Assembly: GCA_964036045.1 (NCBI GenBank)
Contig: OZ038378.1
Span: 173,166,001 to 173,230,000, forward strand
Direction of reading: 5' to 3'
Source of the DNA: Eutreptiella sp. 'Long Island Sound 2002'
Lineage: Eukaryota; Protista; Euglenida
Length of the DNA: 64,000 nt
Notes under the pieces: generated by a model
Told to the model about the DNA's origin: nothing
Seen by the model: only the letters and a program-made list of their open reading frames with translations
The model's database searches: none
Translations under genes and position numbers: made by a program
Part shown: positions 12,190 to 25,699 of the stretch, piece after piece
How positions within the stretch are numbered: the stretch's first letter is position 1
How the letters are laid out: every line of letters starts with the position of its first letter

Positions 12190-12418
12190 GTGATGTTGTC
12201 GCCGCTGCGGCGGCTGCGGCTGCGGATGCTGCTGCGGATGCTGCTGTTGTTGTTGGTGGTGGTGGTGCTGGTGTTGTTGTTGTTGCTGCCATTGATATTC
12301 TTGTTGTTGGTGTTGGTGTTGATGTTGGTGTTGGTGTTGCTGCTGTTGTTGTTGTTGCTGGTGTTGGTGTTTTTGGTGTTGGTGTTGGTGTTGGTGTTGG
12401 TGTTGGTGTTGGTGTTGG

Positions 12419-12494
<76 letters not shown>

Positions 12495-12520
12495 GCTGCT
12501 GCTGCTGCTGCTGCTGATTC
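12190..12520. repeat. Compound microsatellite (GCT)n/(GGTGTT)n/(GTT)n
   Basis: Directly visible; it explains the poly-Q, poly-N, poly-V and poly-L ORFs. Confidence 0.95.
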
Positions 12521-13103
12521 CGCTGTCGTTGCGTCCTGCCGACCGCGCCGTCCACCCCCCGGCCAGCGCGGACAGGGTTCTCATTCGGTCACCCCCAGAC
12601 CGTGATGTTTGGAGGGTGCTGCTCTCTACCCCATATGACAGGGGGGGGGAGGGGGCACAGAGCACAGTGGCCTCGACCAGCAGCAGACAGCCCCCTTTCA
12701 GCCGTCGGACGGATGGAGCATCCGGCAAAAGACTCATTTCGAGGGACCGGATCAGGTGGCGGTCTTGAGCCCAAGCAGACGCTGCGGAGGCACCCACATC
12801 GGCCCAAAATGGGGGGTCGCACCGTGCGCACCGCGGGGGAGGACTCCCGTGATGTCGGATCCCATTTCACACTATTCACAGGCCTCACACAGGCCTCATA
12901 CGGGGCTGGGGAGCACTGGCCCACGCGTTTCAACGAGCACGGCCCTGTCCATGCGCGGCACCCCCTGAGAGGGAACAAGGATGTGCAGTGGGTGTAATGT
13001 GCGGCGGGCCTTTGGCATCGATGGAGTACGGAGGGCGGGGGGTTGGAATGCCTTTGCAACACGTTTGGACCCGGGCGTCACACGCGATGCTTGGGATGCT
13101 TGG

Positions 13104-13200
13104 CCCCCTGCGAGAGCAACAGTAAAGATCCAAAATTTGACGGAAACAACACCTACCGTTGCTCTGACAAGGGGGATGCTTTCGCAACGTCGGGGGCGGG
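13104..13200. mobile_element. ~100-bp MITE-like hairpin element, copy 1 (copy 2 at 26338-26439, partial copy at about 32585-32645)
   Basis: cccc(t)tgcgag(a)gcaac...gttgctttcgcaagggg termini are inverted repeats; the core ccaaaatttgacggaaacaacacc is shared between copies. Confidence 0.7.
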
Positions 13201-14329
13201 GGGGGGGGAGGGGGGTATTGACCATTTCGCGAATCAGGAGTCGAGCAGCGGACGTGCAGGGGCGCGTGAGTCGTGCACCGCGCCGCCGGTCCCCGCCAAT
13301 GCCATGCACATCATCACACCCAACTGCCGAGGGGGCTCTGGGACTGCACCGCCTTCACGATCTCCTGGTACGGCTGTGGCACTGCCTCGGCGCTGGCGCT
13401 GGGGTCGGCAGATCCCCCGATCGGCTTGGGCTCCAGCGCCGCATCGCTGGTCAGAGTGATCGAGAGCTGCGGGGTGCTGCTCGCACTCTGCGCTTTGGGC
13501 AGCAGCGCGTCGTTGCCGGTCGACTGTTTGTTGACCTGCCCTGGGGCTTGGGCGGGCACGTCGCTGAGTGGGCCAGGGGCTTTGGTGGGAGGGTCGGCCT
13601 TGCTGTGCTGTGGTACGACGGCGCTCGTCCTGCACCCCATCGATCAGGGGTCGTACATCAAGGCAACTGCAGTGCAGAGCAGAACGATGGCGCTGGGCAC
13701 CCCCACCCTCTGCGTCCCTCACCCCCTGTGTGACATTCCGTCTGGTTGTTGTTTCTTTACGGGGCCCTAGTCACCAGTTCTTCCCCTCGCGTGTTGCGTC
13801 GGGTTGCTGCTTTCTGTCAGCCGCTGCGGCTGGTGCTCCTGCTGGTGTCGTTTCCGCGTTTGTGGAGCCCAGTGGTTGGTGTGCTGGGGCTGTGCTGGAT
13901 GTGGCATGGTGTGCCGTTTGCGCGTCAGCAGCGCCCAGTAGTTGGCGTATTGAGGATGCACTAGTTGTTGCGGGGGTCGTTTGACTGTTTTTGCTGTCCA
14001 CACACCTCCGTCCTCAGGCCGTCCATAACCTGCCTCGCTGCATTTCCGTGTGCGTGAGGCCCAGGTGCCCTGCTCCTCCACGCGTTGTCCTGGCCGTCCA
14101 CCACATGTCCCTTTTCCCCCTCACAGCTGGTCTGCCCCTGGTGGGCTCCTCCTCCTGTTGCGCAAACAGCCCATCTGGGCTGCGGGAGCGGAAGACACCC
14201 CCCACCTGATGCCAGTTGAGCAGTAGATCTCTACACCTTTTGATATTTTCACTGATGGAAATACGCTGGCGGCGTCAAGGCATCAGCGTTTCGTCGATTG
14301 GCAATCTGTATTGCTTCGACAACACTCAC

Positions 14330-16550
14330 CTACTTCAACATGCAAGCTTGCAAACGTTTTAGTGACTAGTGAGTTCCCAATTCTCCCATCATGGCATGGG
14401 TACGTCTCGGCCCATGGGTTTTCAGTGTGGCTACTGTGGGAAAATCACTTGTATTGGGGACAAGGGGCAAAGAGGATCTTGATCTGGCAAAGGGGCATTG
14501 AAAAACCAAAAAGAATCTCCCATTTTGCTCAAATACTGTATTTCTTCCCACTTCCGCCCATCCTCCCCCTCCCTCCCTCAACACTATTACTTTACAGAAG
14601 AATTGCACACCAAATTGACTTCCACATGAGTGCTGGCCTACTGGTCACGAATTGCCCGGCTGTGGGACCCGCAGACACCAAACCGCCGCTAAAATCTCTC
14701 AGACCCCCCCAATATAGTCAAAGCCATTCGTTTCAGCTGAATGAAATAAATGCGACGTGCTCTAATCCGCCCCCCCCAACAACCACCAAGCAGATGAGAG
14801 GTGGAGTTGGGGTTTGGGGCGGCGCTGAGGTGGGGATCAATCAGTACTGAAGGGCTGTGATTGCAGTACAGACGTGCAGATGCTCCCATTTGTCCCATTT
14901 TTTCAGGCTTGGGTACTGAGGTGGTGAGTCGGGGGGGTCGCTGTGGTGCGTCCTGAAACCGGGACCCAGGGGTCCCCCCTCCCTCCACGAGGTGCCCGCG
15001 AACTCCGCAAGGGCGGGTGCTGCGCCCTGCGTGCCGGGAGGTGTGACCAGCCAACCGCACACGAGACAGTCAACGTTGTGCGGAGACTCGAAATCCTTGC
15101 GCGGGGGGGCAGGCGGGTGGGACAGGAGGTGGTGCGCACAAGGGGCACCCAGGAGCGCCAATGGACAGGGGGAGGAGCAACACAGCCACACAGGACGCGG
15201 GAGCCACACTAGGAGGGACGAAGGCGAGTGCAGCAGACAAGGAGGAGGGGGGCAGCGAGGCAGGGGGGGCAACCAGGACAGCGGGAACAGGAAACTAGAA
15301 CGTAGGGGATGGGAGAGCATGCGCATGGGGGGCAGCGACAACACAGGGGATGGCCTGGTCAGCCAGCCCCGTCACTACCGGGTGCCAGGGCAATCCCTGA
15401 CATAATACCTCATCTTTTCCTGACGAATTCTTCTAAAACCGCTGTCAGGAAGCGCACTACTTCTTCTGAACAGTTTTATGGTACCCTGGGTACCCCCCAA
15501 AAAAAATGCAACCCAAGCAGTTTTCCCCGCCCGTTGTAAGCTCATAATGTCATGTTTTTGCTTTGCCCTTCACATCAGCATGCAGGCCCACTAAATCTGA
15601 ATCCACATGAACTCACACCAAGGGTTAAGTTCACTGCATCCACTGTGCACCACGGCGGACACTGCAAAAGTCGTATCCTCCAACTTTCTGGTGCACCCCC
15701 CATGCCCCATTTTCCCCTGTAAGCCGGCTAAGCCGGGTAAGAAGAACAGTGAAAACGATGTACCCACAAATTTGCCAATCTTACATACCCGAGGTTGCAA
15801 TAACAAAAAACTCAGGCTAAGTACTCAGGTGCACGATAAAGGAAAAAATCTTCTCGACTTACAACAACAAAAAAAAAAAAAGCACTCGGGTTCACCTTTT
15901 TGCGCTTTAATCAAACTAGCCCAAATGGAGTCTTTTGGATGGATGGATATTGAAAAACTTTGGTTTCTAGAAGCGCCCGATCAAAATTGCACACGAATAT
16001 TGTGTTTTCACACAGCAATTGGTAGAATCCTGGACAACCTCAGCGGTTTGCCCCATGGAATGGTTCAGAAACCATCAGGGCGTCTGTTTCGTCCCGACAG
16101 TACATGCATGCTGAACGCAACATGGAGATTCAAGAGTGCATTCGGCTGATGTTTCTGCGCTGACAAACAAAGCAAACAGACCTTTAAACAGATGTTAGAA
16201 GCCGAATGTCGCATTGGTATATTGCCAGTGTTGTGATGACAAATGCTTGCTGGCCTCTTTCTATTTCCATACTACACCTCTGCGTGGAGGCAAGATACGG
16301 GTACGGCTCTGCACCATTCTAGTGAACCTTGCAGAGCTGCCCTCTTGTGCAACTGCCCCGATTTTCTCAGAGTGAAGCAATGATGCCAGAACAAAACAAA
16401 TGTGGCACCAGAAGTTGTGGTGATTTCTGTTGTCCCCAAATGTGTGGACAGAGCAAAGGTGTTTGCGAGATCTGCAATTGGTCGGATCCGTTCAAGTTTT
16501 TCTGCCTTTTCAAGAATAGCATAAAACAATGGTAATCAGCTCCCATCAAT
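14330..16550 (-). pseudogene. Degenerate non-LTR retrotransposon remnant (RT plus RNase H-like motifs)
   Basis: ILEKAEKLERIRPIADLAN resembles PK....RPISL.N; IPWGKPLRLSRIL resembles G.PQG.PLS..L; PCHDGRIGNSLV resembles H.G..GNE. All are on the minus strand in the expected order, with many stops. Confidence 0.4.
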
Positions 16551-17399
16551 ACCCAACCATTCATCAATGAGTGAAAGCAATGCGCCAAAAGCATCAAAAG
16601 CATTGAAAGCATGCCACAACCCCACCAAAAGCATCGAAAGCGCACCGAAAGCACACTGAAAGCACATCAAAATCATACGCAAAGGACCGAAAGGACCGAA
16701 CACATTCCTGCAGGCGTCATCGTGGAGCGTGGGGGAAGGCAGAGGAGAAATGCGATGAAACTGAAGGGGCAGGGGAATCAGGAGAATTTCGGGTGATTGC
16801 AGTCTGCCGAGATGCTAGTATGCTGCAAGCACAAAAACGCGTGTTGCGGTGTGCTCGGACCTGCGGATCGCCTGTGTCCCCAAGTGAGACCCCATGCTCC
16901 ATTGCCTGTGTCAGCCGCCCCACAGATTGCAACGATTTCACAACGCGTGCGTTTGGGTATTTCTCAGGGCCAGGGGATACTTTTGAGAAGATGTATGCGG
17001 CAGAATGAAGCTCGGGTCTTCATTTCGGAATGCCAGCAGCAAAAGCCAGGATCTCAGTTCAAGGGTTTGCACCTCTTCCCCTTGCGTCGTCTCCGTGCCC
17101 TTCATCCCATCCTGCAGGGCTTACGGGCAACCGCAGCTAGATTGGATCAGATTTCTCTGAAATAAACACCAGCCCACTGATTCCAAGCAGGGCGGTCTTC
17201 AACAATAACAAAAAAAACAAAGAAAACTCTGGCGTCGGTTATAAGGAGCCTCGCGGGTATAAGTTTACCAACTTCCGGCGGAGGGACGGAAGGCGATTGG
17301 AGGGTAACCGATGGCAGTTGGAAAGGAATAGGGCAGTCGTCATGCGGGGTGGTCTATAGCACAATAAAAAAAAGACAGAAACCGTGTTCTCCAAGACTG

Positions 17400-17720
17400 C
17401 CCTGGTTTCAATCCTGTGGTTGCACTTCCATTTCTGCATAAATGCAGGCAGATTCCATGGACTCATCCAACTCGACTCGTCCGGTGCCCAATTCACAGAG
17501 CCGCGGTACTGTTCGTGATGGTGGTATGTGTGTCGCAATTCTTCGCATTCGATTTCGTGTTGTGCCGTCGATTCGAGTCGATTCGAGTGCTCGCACACCT
17601 CCGAGTACCTGTGCCCGTTTGCAAGTGCCTCGAGGGGGAGTGGTGGAGTGGCTGTGAGGTGCACTGCGGTGCAAGAGAATTCCCAATCGTTTGGATGCCG
17701 TCCAAGTGCGTCCACATTCG
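17400..17720 (-). pseudogene. Chromodomain-like fragment, possible chromovirus (Ty3/Gypsy) integrase C-terminus
   Basis: HEIECEELRH...EQYRGSVNWAPDESSWMSPWNL resembles YEVE.I..H...YLVKW.GY...E.SWEP..NL; degenerate. Confidence 0.35.
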
Positions 17721-18155
17721 CGATTTGGGCATCTCCCTCGGTGCCGGCGCGCTGAGGAAGACAATCTGCCCCGCGCCGCGCCCGGTGCTGCCGCTGCCAC
17801 CGCTCCAGTCGGTTAGCGCCGGGGGTAGTGCTTTGTGACCCTCTTTCCTTCGGTTGTGTCGGAACTGAAACATGGGCCAGTGCTGCTCCCCTTCCCCTCG
17901 CGCCGGCACAGCTGCTCCCCATGACCCACCACCACCCCCTCGGCGCCCGCACCACCGCCTTCCATTGTCCGTCCCCCACAAGAGGGCCATATGCGTGTCA
18001 CGCTGTCAAAATACTACATAGCGACTCCCTCGAGCCAATGCCGGAGCGGAAGGAGGGCCCAAAAAGCGCGCACTCTGCAATTAGAATGAGGAGGCCTCAC
18101 TCGACCTGACCTGACCTCCCCTGTACCTGACCTGACCATGGGGCGACTCGAAGAC

Positions 18156-18365
18156 AGGGATGCATTGGAAGGGAAGGGACCTCAGAGGCCGCCCCAGAAG
18201 CGCTCAGATAGGCGGTTGGAGGAGGTTGCAAAAGCGGTTGGGGGCGGTTACTGTCGGTTAGAAGTGCGATTGAAGTTGGCGTTTACCGTCAGGGAGACAG
18301 TGGATGGGCATAGGCTGGGCGGCCTGGAGGGGGGGGGGGGTACCCCCCCCTTATATTGCACCCCT
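18156..18365 (+). mobile_element. ~200-bp MITE-like element with agggatgcattggaaggg TIR
   Basis: Starts agggatgcattggaaggg and ends cccttatattgcacccct (imperfect inverse). A homologous copy lies in the opposite orientation at 40230-40424. Confidence 0.75.
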
Positions 18366-18876
18366 GCTCGAAGAGCACGGGAGACTGCACATCTGCTGAG
18401 CAATGGAAGCCTGTACACAGGTCCATAGGGACCAGGGCTGTGCGCGCCCAGGAGCACGGGAAAAAACGACGTTCCGGTGGGACCCTCTATGCTCGGCAAG
18501 TGACAAGAGCAACACTTGAGTGCAGGTTTATGCACCACGACGCGGTCCTGCGCTCTGAGCGAGCGTGCCCCGAACGCGGCGTGTACCAGCCCGGGTCGAG
18601 GCCAACACGGAGAAGTCAGGCGGGCAACAGGGCACAATGTCGCGCCTGCACATCACGGCCAACCATGAGCCGTGTCAAACCCTCAAGTCCGGAGGCCACG
18701 TAGTCGCGTTTCTGGGATCGCATTGGGATCATCGAACACTCGGCACCCGCGCACATGCGCCACGCGATTCAGTAGGATTCAGCCGCACCCATTCATGACT
18801 GAGTGTCCGGTGGCGGCAAATCTGAGTGCCGCCCCGATGCCGATCCCGCCGCACTGCACCACGTCGCCACGCACAA

Positions 18877-19044
18877 TCACGGGTGCTTCGGCTGCATCGT
18901 CACGAAACTGAAGTTGTAGACCGGAGGCAGACCAATGTGGGGCGCGTCCGGCAGCGCACGCCACTCGAACACCGGTTGCCCTTGCGCTGTGGGCCCATTG
19001 ATCGCGTGGGCCGTCATCGTCTTAAAGAGCCGATCACTTGTGAC
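18877..19044 (-). CDS. Phospholipase B-like protein, exon 4 (terminal)
   Basis: Acceptor ttcaag|GTC; translates VTSDRLFKTMTAHAINGPTAQGQPVFEWRALPDAPHIGLPPVYNFSFVTMQPKHP*, carrying the AINGPT and H.GLP..YNF C-terminal PLB motifs; 168 nt, phase 0. Confidence 0.9.
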   Translation of the reverse strand, partial: VTSDRLFKTMTAHAINGPTAQGQPVFEWRALPDAPHIGLPPVYNFSFVTMQPKHP

Positions 19045-20337
19045 CTTGAATGGGAGGAGTGTGGCAGTTCAAGGTCCAATGCCTTCCTGCCTCCCTCCCC
19101 GCCTACCTCAGTCTCCAACCCGTTCCTCCCCCCTTCCAACCCTCCCTACAACTCATCACTGATACGCGAAGCCCTGAACATCCCTTTGCAATAGAAGACG
19201 CTCAGACATCTGGCTTCGTTGTCTGTCTGTTGCTCCACGTGTGTATGTCTGTGCGTCTGTGCATCTGCTTCAGCCATGCTGCCACAGGCTACAAAGAGAC
19301 GGGCGTCCAGAGCGACTGGCCCGGCCGGGTGCTTGCTCGCTTACAACCCTTTTCCTGAAAGGCGGCTAGTGTGGCGTCGGCGTGTTTTTTGACTCTGCAC
19401 CTGACGAGGTTTCTGTGCACTCAGGCTGCGTCTTGCTTCTGCCTGTTTGACAGCGGAAAATGACAGAAAGTCGCAACTTGCCACCCTTCTGCGAGCAGCT
19501 GCAGACAGAGCAACGAGGGCAAGCACTGCATGCCACGGCATCCCTTCGTCTACAAAATGGATGCTCAGGAACACACACGCCATACACACACAGTCACGCA
19601 CATATGCACGTGCACGTGCACACACGTTTCCTGCGCCCCCTTTTCCTCCAGTTCCCAAGGAGTGAGGGTATGCAAACGGCAATGAAGCAGGCGTAACATG
19701 CAGAGGCACGGCAGGGTCCGGATTCGAATACGGCTGGTGAGTTCGCTGCTGACGAAAACGCGAGAGAACGGGCTCGAACACAGAACAGAAACGGATTGAA
19801 GAGTCCAGAAGAAGTATCGGAGATTGTTCATGTCTGAGCGTCTTCTATTGTAAAGCCAATTGTGTCCAAAATTGTGAAATGACGGCGATGTACATCTCAA
19901 AAAGAAGACACACTCACACACACGGTCACACACAGTGCGTGGCATGCAGACACTTGTGTGGAGCAGAGGCAAACAGCGCTGTTGCATGTCCCTGCCGGAC
20001 GAGATTATTGAATTCCATCGTGCGGTATGCAGTACACACACGCGTACACACACACACTTCCACACACACAGATGACGGCACAGATTTGGGCGGCACAAAG
20101 ATGTGCAGCCTAACCCATAAAATAGCCCAATTGGAAATAACAGCTGTCTTGCTGCTGCTTAGGCTTTCTTTTGCCCCAGGTGATGTGTGGCCCCCTGCAT
20201 CAACTACAATCAAACAAGGAGCCGTTATGGCTGCGTGACATGGCTCAAACCATCCAAACAATGTAACCGCCCCACGTGCCATCTCCCTGAGTCCGTTTAC
20301 ACCTCCTCTACAACAATTTCTCAAGGGGTGTCAGCAC

Positions 20338-20966
20338 CTTCGTATCGTAGCACCCGCCCGCGCGCGGCTTCGTGGCCAAATCTCCACGGGAGCAGATCGC
20401 CGAATATGGGCTCGGGGAATATGGGTCCGCCGGGTACCCGTTGGACCGCAGCAAGCCCTTCAGGCTGTCCAAGTCCCGCACAGTGCCCTCATCCCGCCGG
20501 TAGATCTTCGCGCGGGGGGCCATCTGGTAGTCCGCCGCCTCGACCCCGGCCTCGGACAGCGCCGCCAGCCCCGACGCCGCGTACACCGCCGGGAAGTACG
20601 GGACATTGTACGAGGGCCAGTACCCAAACTGCAGGATGTCGGTCTTGTCGGCGCCCGGGATGTGGCCCGGCAGCTCCTCGACGACCCACAAGAGGTCCGG
20701 CGGGAGCGCGCGGTTCGGCTCAAACTTGTTGAAGTCCACGACCATGTACTGGTTGGCGTATGTGCCGGAGAAATGCCGCCGGACGTGGGCGTACCACTCC
20801 GGGCCAGTCCGGGCGAGGGCATTGGCGATGCGCACGCGCTGCCACGCCAGCAGCGACTCCGGGTGGATGAGGTCGTAGAGCGCGGGGTTGGAGAAGCCCA
20901 GGGACGTCTGGGTCATGGCGAGGCCGCTGGACATCATGTAGAAGTCGTCCAGGGATTCAAGGTACC
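20338..20966 (-). CDS. Phospholipase B-like protein, exon 3
   Basis: cacag|GG TAC...AAG|gtgctg; SLDDFY, W.RVR.AN, SGTYANQYMVVD, YWPSYNVPYF and RGDL are hallmark Phospholip_B motifs; 629 nt with consistent phases. Confidence 0.93.
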
Positions 20967-21658
20967 CTGTGCATGCCCCGGATTGCTTCGATGCTCGGTG
21001 CAGGGAGGACCGGGCTACAAGTGCAGTAACCCCCAGGGGCTGCCCTGGGGGCCGCTGGGAGCATTGGTAAGGGGCAGGGGCAGGGGCTGGGGCTGCTGGA
21101 CAGGGCTTGCCCACGCCTCTTCCCCTGCCCCCGGCCTTTGCCCTGGGAGGGGCCGAGGCAGAGCCATCATCATCACTTCTCGACCATCCCCCATTGCTCA
21201 CTCTACTCAACCAAGACGGCTCCATTGCCTGTCTCCCTCAACCATACGACCAGAACGCTCTGTTGGTTGGCAGGGCGGTCCTTAACAAAAAAGAAAGGCT
21301 CCAGAGTCTGATACGCTGAGCCTGGCGGTTGCAAGGCAACCAACAGCCGTGGGAGGGTACCCAATGGCAGTTGGCGCGTACCTGACGGCAGTTGGAAAGG
21401 AATAGGGGGGTGGAGGCAACGTTGACTGCCCCAAAAGCGCAACAGATTTTTTGCGTTTTTTGTTTATATTGTTGCGTTGGCGTCTGGTACATCAGTCAAC
21501 GTGAGCCTGCATGTGCACATGTCTGTAGGGCCTGTGTTCTTTTTTTTTCGTCATTAGTAAAGTGCCCAAGACCAGGAAACCACAAGTGTAATCATACCAC
21601 CCCTGCCATTCCATTAGGAGTTGTCACATGGCTGAACAAGGCCCCCAAACAGCCCACC

Positions 21659-21704
<46 letters not shown>

Positions 21705-22427
21705 CAAGTTGGCGGCACACAAGGCGTGTGCATGACCGTACACTTCATGTGATTGAGCGCCGCCGGACGGACCGTCGCGGAACAGACCCTCCGCCGAAGA
21801 CCAGCCAGCAAACGCAATGCACGGGGACCAACGGTACAGCGGTCGGTGCGCCTGCTGTGTGTCTGGGAGGCCCAGGGTCGATTTGCAGGCGAGGGCGCGC
21901 AGGCCGTACCACTGTGAGTGTCATAAATGGCTCTCCGCACGATCCCGTGCACTGCGCGCGCACCGGGCGTGCACCGCACACTGCAAGCCCCAGCAATGCA
22001 AAACCCGATACCAAAAGCAGCCACTGCGCGTGCAGCGCGTGCATTCAGCGTGCATTGCGCCAGAGTAGAGCCCCCGCAGAAAAAAGGGAGGAAATCAGTG
22101 TCTACCTCCCCCCCCTCTTCAAATATCCCCCCCAATGTCGTGACGATTCCCCCCGGGAGGGGGGGGGGGGGGGCATGAAGTGACGACCCCCCCCCCGGGG
22201 AGATTGCACCACACAATGGTGGCACTAAAACTGCAGCAGTTCCAGTATAACCTGAAGAAAAATTTTCTTCGGCGCTTATTTCCTATGCCTTTTGGGCCAA
22301 CTGACCCCCCCCCCCCCGGGGGGGGGCGGTTGCAGGGGGGGGGGGGGGATTGCAAGGGGGGCGGGCGGCAGGAATCAGGGGTACGTACCCCAGCACGCCA
22401 CCCACGCGTGCACGTGCGTAACACCAC

Positions 22428-22851
22428 CTGGGTACGAGCTGAATGACATGCGATGGGCCGCCGTCCGATCGTTCCGGAACGCCAAATCGTAGTGCTTGAA
22501 GATGCGGTTGGTCGCACTGTACGTGTACCACGACGAATGGCCCATGAGCAGCGCCGAGAAGTTGCCCGTGACCTTGACGATCGCCGAGCAGTGCCCCATG
22601 GCCTCCAGCGTGCGCGTCTTGTCGTCCAGGCTCATGGACGACCACTGCGGCCTGCGGGACCTGAGCACCGCGGGAATGATCTGGAACAGGTCGCCGTTCG
22701 CGTTGAGGGTCTGGAAGTCGAAGTCCGTCAGCGGGGGCGTGTGGGAGTGTCCGTCGTGGACGGCCTTCTGGTACCCGTCCTTCAGCCCGTCGTACTGGGC
22801 CATCACGTACTTTGCGTGCTGCCAGAACGGGTCTGCGGGCGACTCGGCGAT
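22428..22851 (-). CDS. Phospholipase B-like protein, exon 2
   Basis: ttccccag|ATC...CCA G|gtggtg; DPFWQH, QYDGL..GY, GHCSAIVKV (catalytic Cys of the Ntn-hydrolase), GHSSW and FSSYPG; 424 nt. Confidence 0.92.
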
Positions 22852-24929
22852 CTGGGGAAGGGCACATCGGACCAGTCGCGGGCCAGACCCCGCGGACGGG
22901 CACAGGGCGGGGCAGGCGGGCACGTGCCGGTACGCAGGCGGTACCGGGGGGGCGTTGCGGCCGTGTGCACTTTCGGTACACACAAAACTGCGCTTTGCGC
23001 CGAGTGCCTACCGGCTTTTACTCGTTTCCCCTTCATGTTGTACCCCCCCCCCGCCGCGCTATGGGAAACAGATGCGTGTGCACGACTCTGCGCTGGCGAG
23101 CAAAGAACGGTGTTGCACGACAAAAGCGAAGAAAGAGGAGATCTTCAGTGACATGTCATAGGCGCCTTTCACTGTAGCGAAAGAGACAACGAGTGCCACC
23201 AGGCACCAGGCAAGACTTCAAGACGTCACACAGCAGCAGTAACGCCCCCCCCCCGCCGCTGTGGGATACAGATGCGTGTGCACGACCGGTACCGCTCAGC
23301 ACAAAGCAGAAGTGCAAAGCAAAAGTCAAAGAGAAAGAGAAAAGCTCTTCAGTGACATGTCGTGGGCGCCTTTCGCGAAAAAAAAAAAATAGACACTCAG
23401 AACACCCCCCTCCCCGAGGCCACACCGCGTGTGCTTTCAGTGCTTTCGTGCCGTGGCAGGAACAGCACGACATGCTCCGCCAAGTGCTGATGTTCCTCCC
23501 ACGGCGTTTGGATGACCGAATGGGTGTTGCCCCTCGCAGCCCACCTCACACACACACACACACGCCGGAGGCTGTCCCCCACGCCTTATTTTTGATGGAA
23601 CATGGAAGGGCCTCCGTGGAAGGGCCTCCGTGGAAGGGCCGCGATCACCCCCCCCCCTTGAGGTTCTGATCCCAAGGAAGGAGGCGACCCTCAGCAGACA
23701 GTCCGACTTCTGATGGTACCAAAGGTGCCGTCCTCTTGATCGCCGCCAAGGCATCCGAATGCCGATGGTAGGCCCGTTCGTCCGAGACCCTGCCTGTCAC
23801 ATCCCCCGGCCAGCGCTATGGGCTCTCGTGAACTGTGTACCAGCCATGCCTCAGCAGCACAGCGCTCTGGAGCGCAGCGCGCGCGTCTCCTCCTCCACAC
23901 CCCTGACGCCCCGCAGCAGATTTCTCAGCCACCACGCGAATAGTGAATCGGTGTTCTGCACAGCGCCCCCCACGCAGAAACGGCAGGGGTGCCCAACGCG
24001 CGCCGCACGCATGCCCCGTCACACGTGGGCTGAATGCCCGCGGGCGTCTGGCCTCATGGGCTATCGCGTGAGCAGCGCGGCCGCCGTCCTTGCCGTGATG
24101 ACGTCCCCGCTCGCCTCCGCTGCGTTTTCCCCCTCACCTTTGGTCAGTGGCGTGTAAGGCAGACGACTCAAAGAAGGTGTTCACCAAGCCGCGTCCTCCC
24201 GCAGTCCGGGAGAGCAGGCCTGGGGCAACCTGCAGACCCCACCCCCGAGGCCTGCTCGCCCCTGACCCGGGCCATGACGTCGGGTTTTGAAATGACCCGC
24301 ACGATCCGGACCTCGTGCCGGACTCACTCAGCTCAACACTTCTCGATTGTGCCGCAATCACAAAGACCCGGGGTATGCAGCGCCGGACACTTGGCTTGTG
24401 TCTACCCCCAGGACGCAGTTTTGCGTCTCCAACCTCCTCCCTGCAAAGCCAAAACTGCCAGCACTGCTGTCACTGATCTGTACTGTCTCCGGTCAGTCCA
24501 TGTACAGCTCTACCCATGCCAAATAAATACAAACAGTCCTGAACCGGAATGCAAAACAGATGTTTTTGGCAAAACATTGGGTATACGGTCGTCGCTGATC
24601 AGATCAGTGCCGAATGTTGCCTTGAGTTCAGAAAGCCCTGGGGCCATGGCGTCAGGTTTTGAGCATAGCCCTGACCCTATGCTAGACTCAATCAGTTCAA
24701 TCAATGGTTCAGCTCGACTTCCTCTACCACTCTGCGGTGCTGCTCACACAGCATAAACCAGTTCTGCACCGAATGTTGCCTTGAGGTTACCGTGCTCTCA
24801 CGGCTATCGAATGTTTCATGGGCAGACTGGGTTAGCTCAAAGAGCTGGGGGGAGGGGGGGCTTCTCTTGACATGGTCGCACTCCATCCCCCATCCCTCTA
24901 CACCTCTATGGACTGGGCTTCAGGGCAAC

Positions 24930-25328
24930 CTGCCGGCGCGTCCACTGGTCCTGCCTCCGCATCCAATCCTTCACCAGCTCCACCTCGGACTGGTTGTACT
25001 TCCCGAACACGACCTGCCACAGGTTGAGGTAGTGCTCGTAAATGCGGGGCGCCGTCAGCAACCCCTCCACAAACCCCGCCGCATAGGCCTGCACGGCGTC
25101 GGCGTTCTGCCCGTCCGTTTTGACGTCGAGGACGCCCCACCCGGTCACGTTCAGCGTATCCTCAAACAAGCCCACGGCCACGCCCCCCGCAGCACCGTCC
25201 CCGAAAACGTAATGCAAATCCCCGGGGCCGGAGCCATGCGCCACTACCCTCTTGACAGGGGACGGACTGCAGGGGGCTATTACGCTCAGTAAGAGCGCAA
25301 GAAAGAGAGGAAGGGACCAGAGATCCAT
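24930..25328 (-). CDS. Phospholipase B-like protein, exon 1 (signal peptide)
   Basis: MDLWSLPLFLALLLSVIAP is a signal-like start; GWGVLDV and AYAAGFVEGLLT are PLB motifs; donor CAG|gttgcc. The joined CDS is 1620 nt = 539 aa plus stop. Confidence 0.9.
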
Positions 25329-25356
25329 GGGCCGAAATGAAACGCGCTGAAAAAGT
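25329..25356 (-). promoter_or_regulatory. Candidate 3' splice acceptor (possible spliced-leader trans-splice site) 18 nt upstream of the PLB ATG
   Basis: Minus strand reads ccactttttcag|cgcgtttcatttcggcccATG; AG at 25348-25347. Confidence 0.4.
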
Positions 25357-25699
25357 GGACGTTCGTAGGTGTCGTATCATATCGGAGGTCGCTACAAGTG
25401 CTGACGATGGAGGACAGAACCTTTGTATTCCAGAATGATTCTGATTGTTCGTGACCATTCATGGCGCAATGCGGACCCTCATCTGAAAAGGGCACTGAAC
25501 ATCCCTATGCCTACTGCTGCCTCGCACAAGGAGGGCTTCCTGGACTGACATTGACATTCCCCATTGCATGCGATCAGTATGCCTGACTGAGCCATCTGAC
25601 CAAATCTGGAGGGAGCATCTTCTCCCAGCAACAGCCTACTACGGTCCACCAGAACTCAGGCTCACAGCAATTGCCTCAGCCGCACAAAATAAGGCTCAC

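Noticed and set aside
12084-12797. Poly-Q, poly-N and poly-L ORFs (also 60014-60881)
   Set aside because: They are translations of trinucleotide microsatellites.
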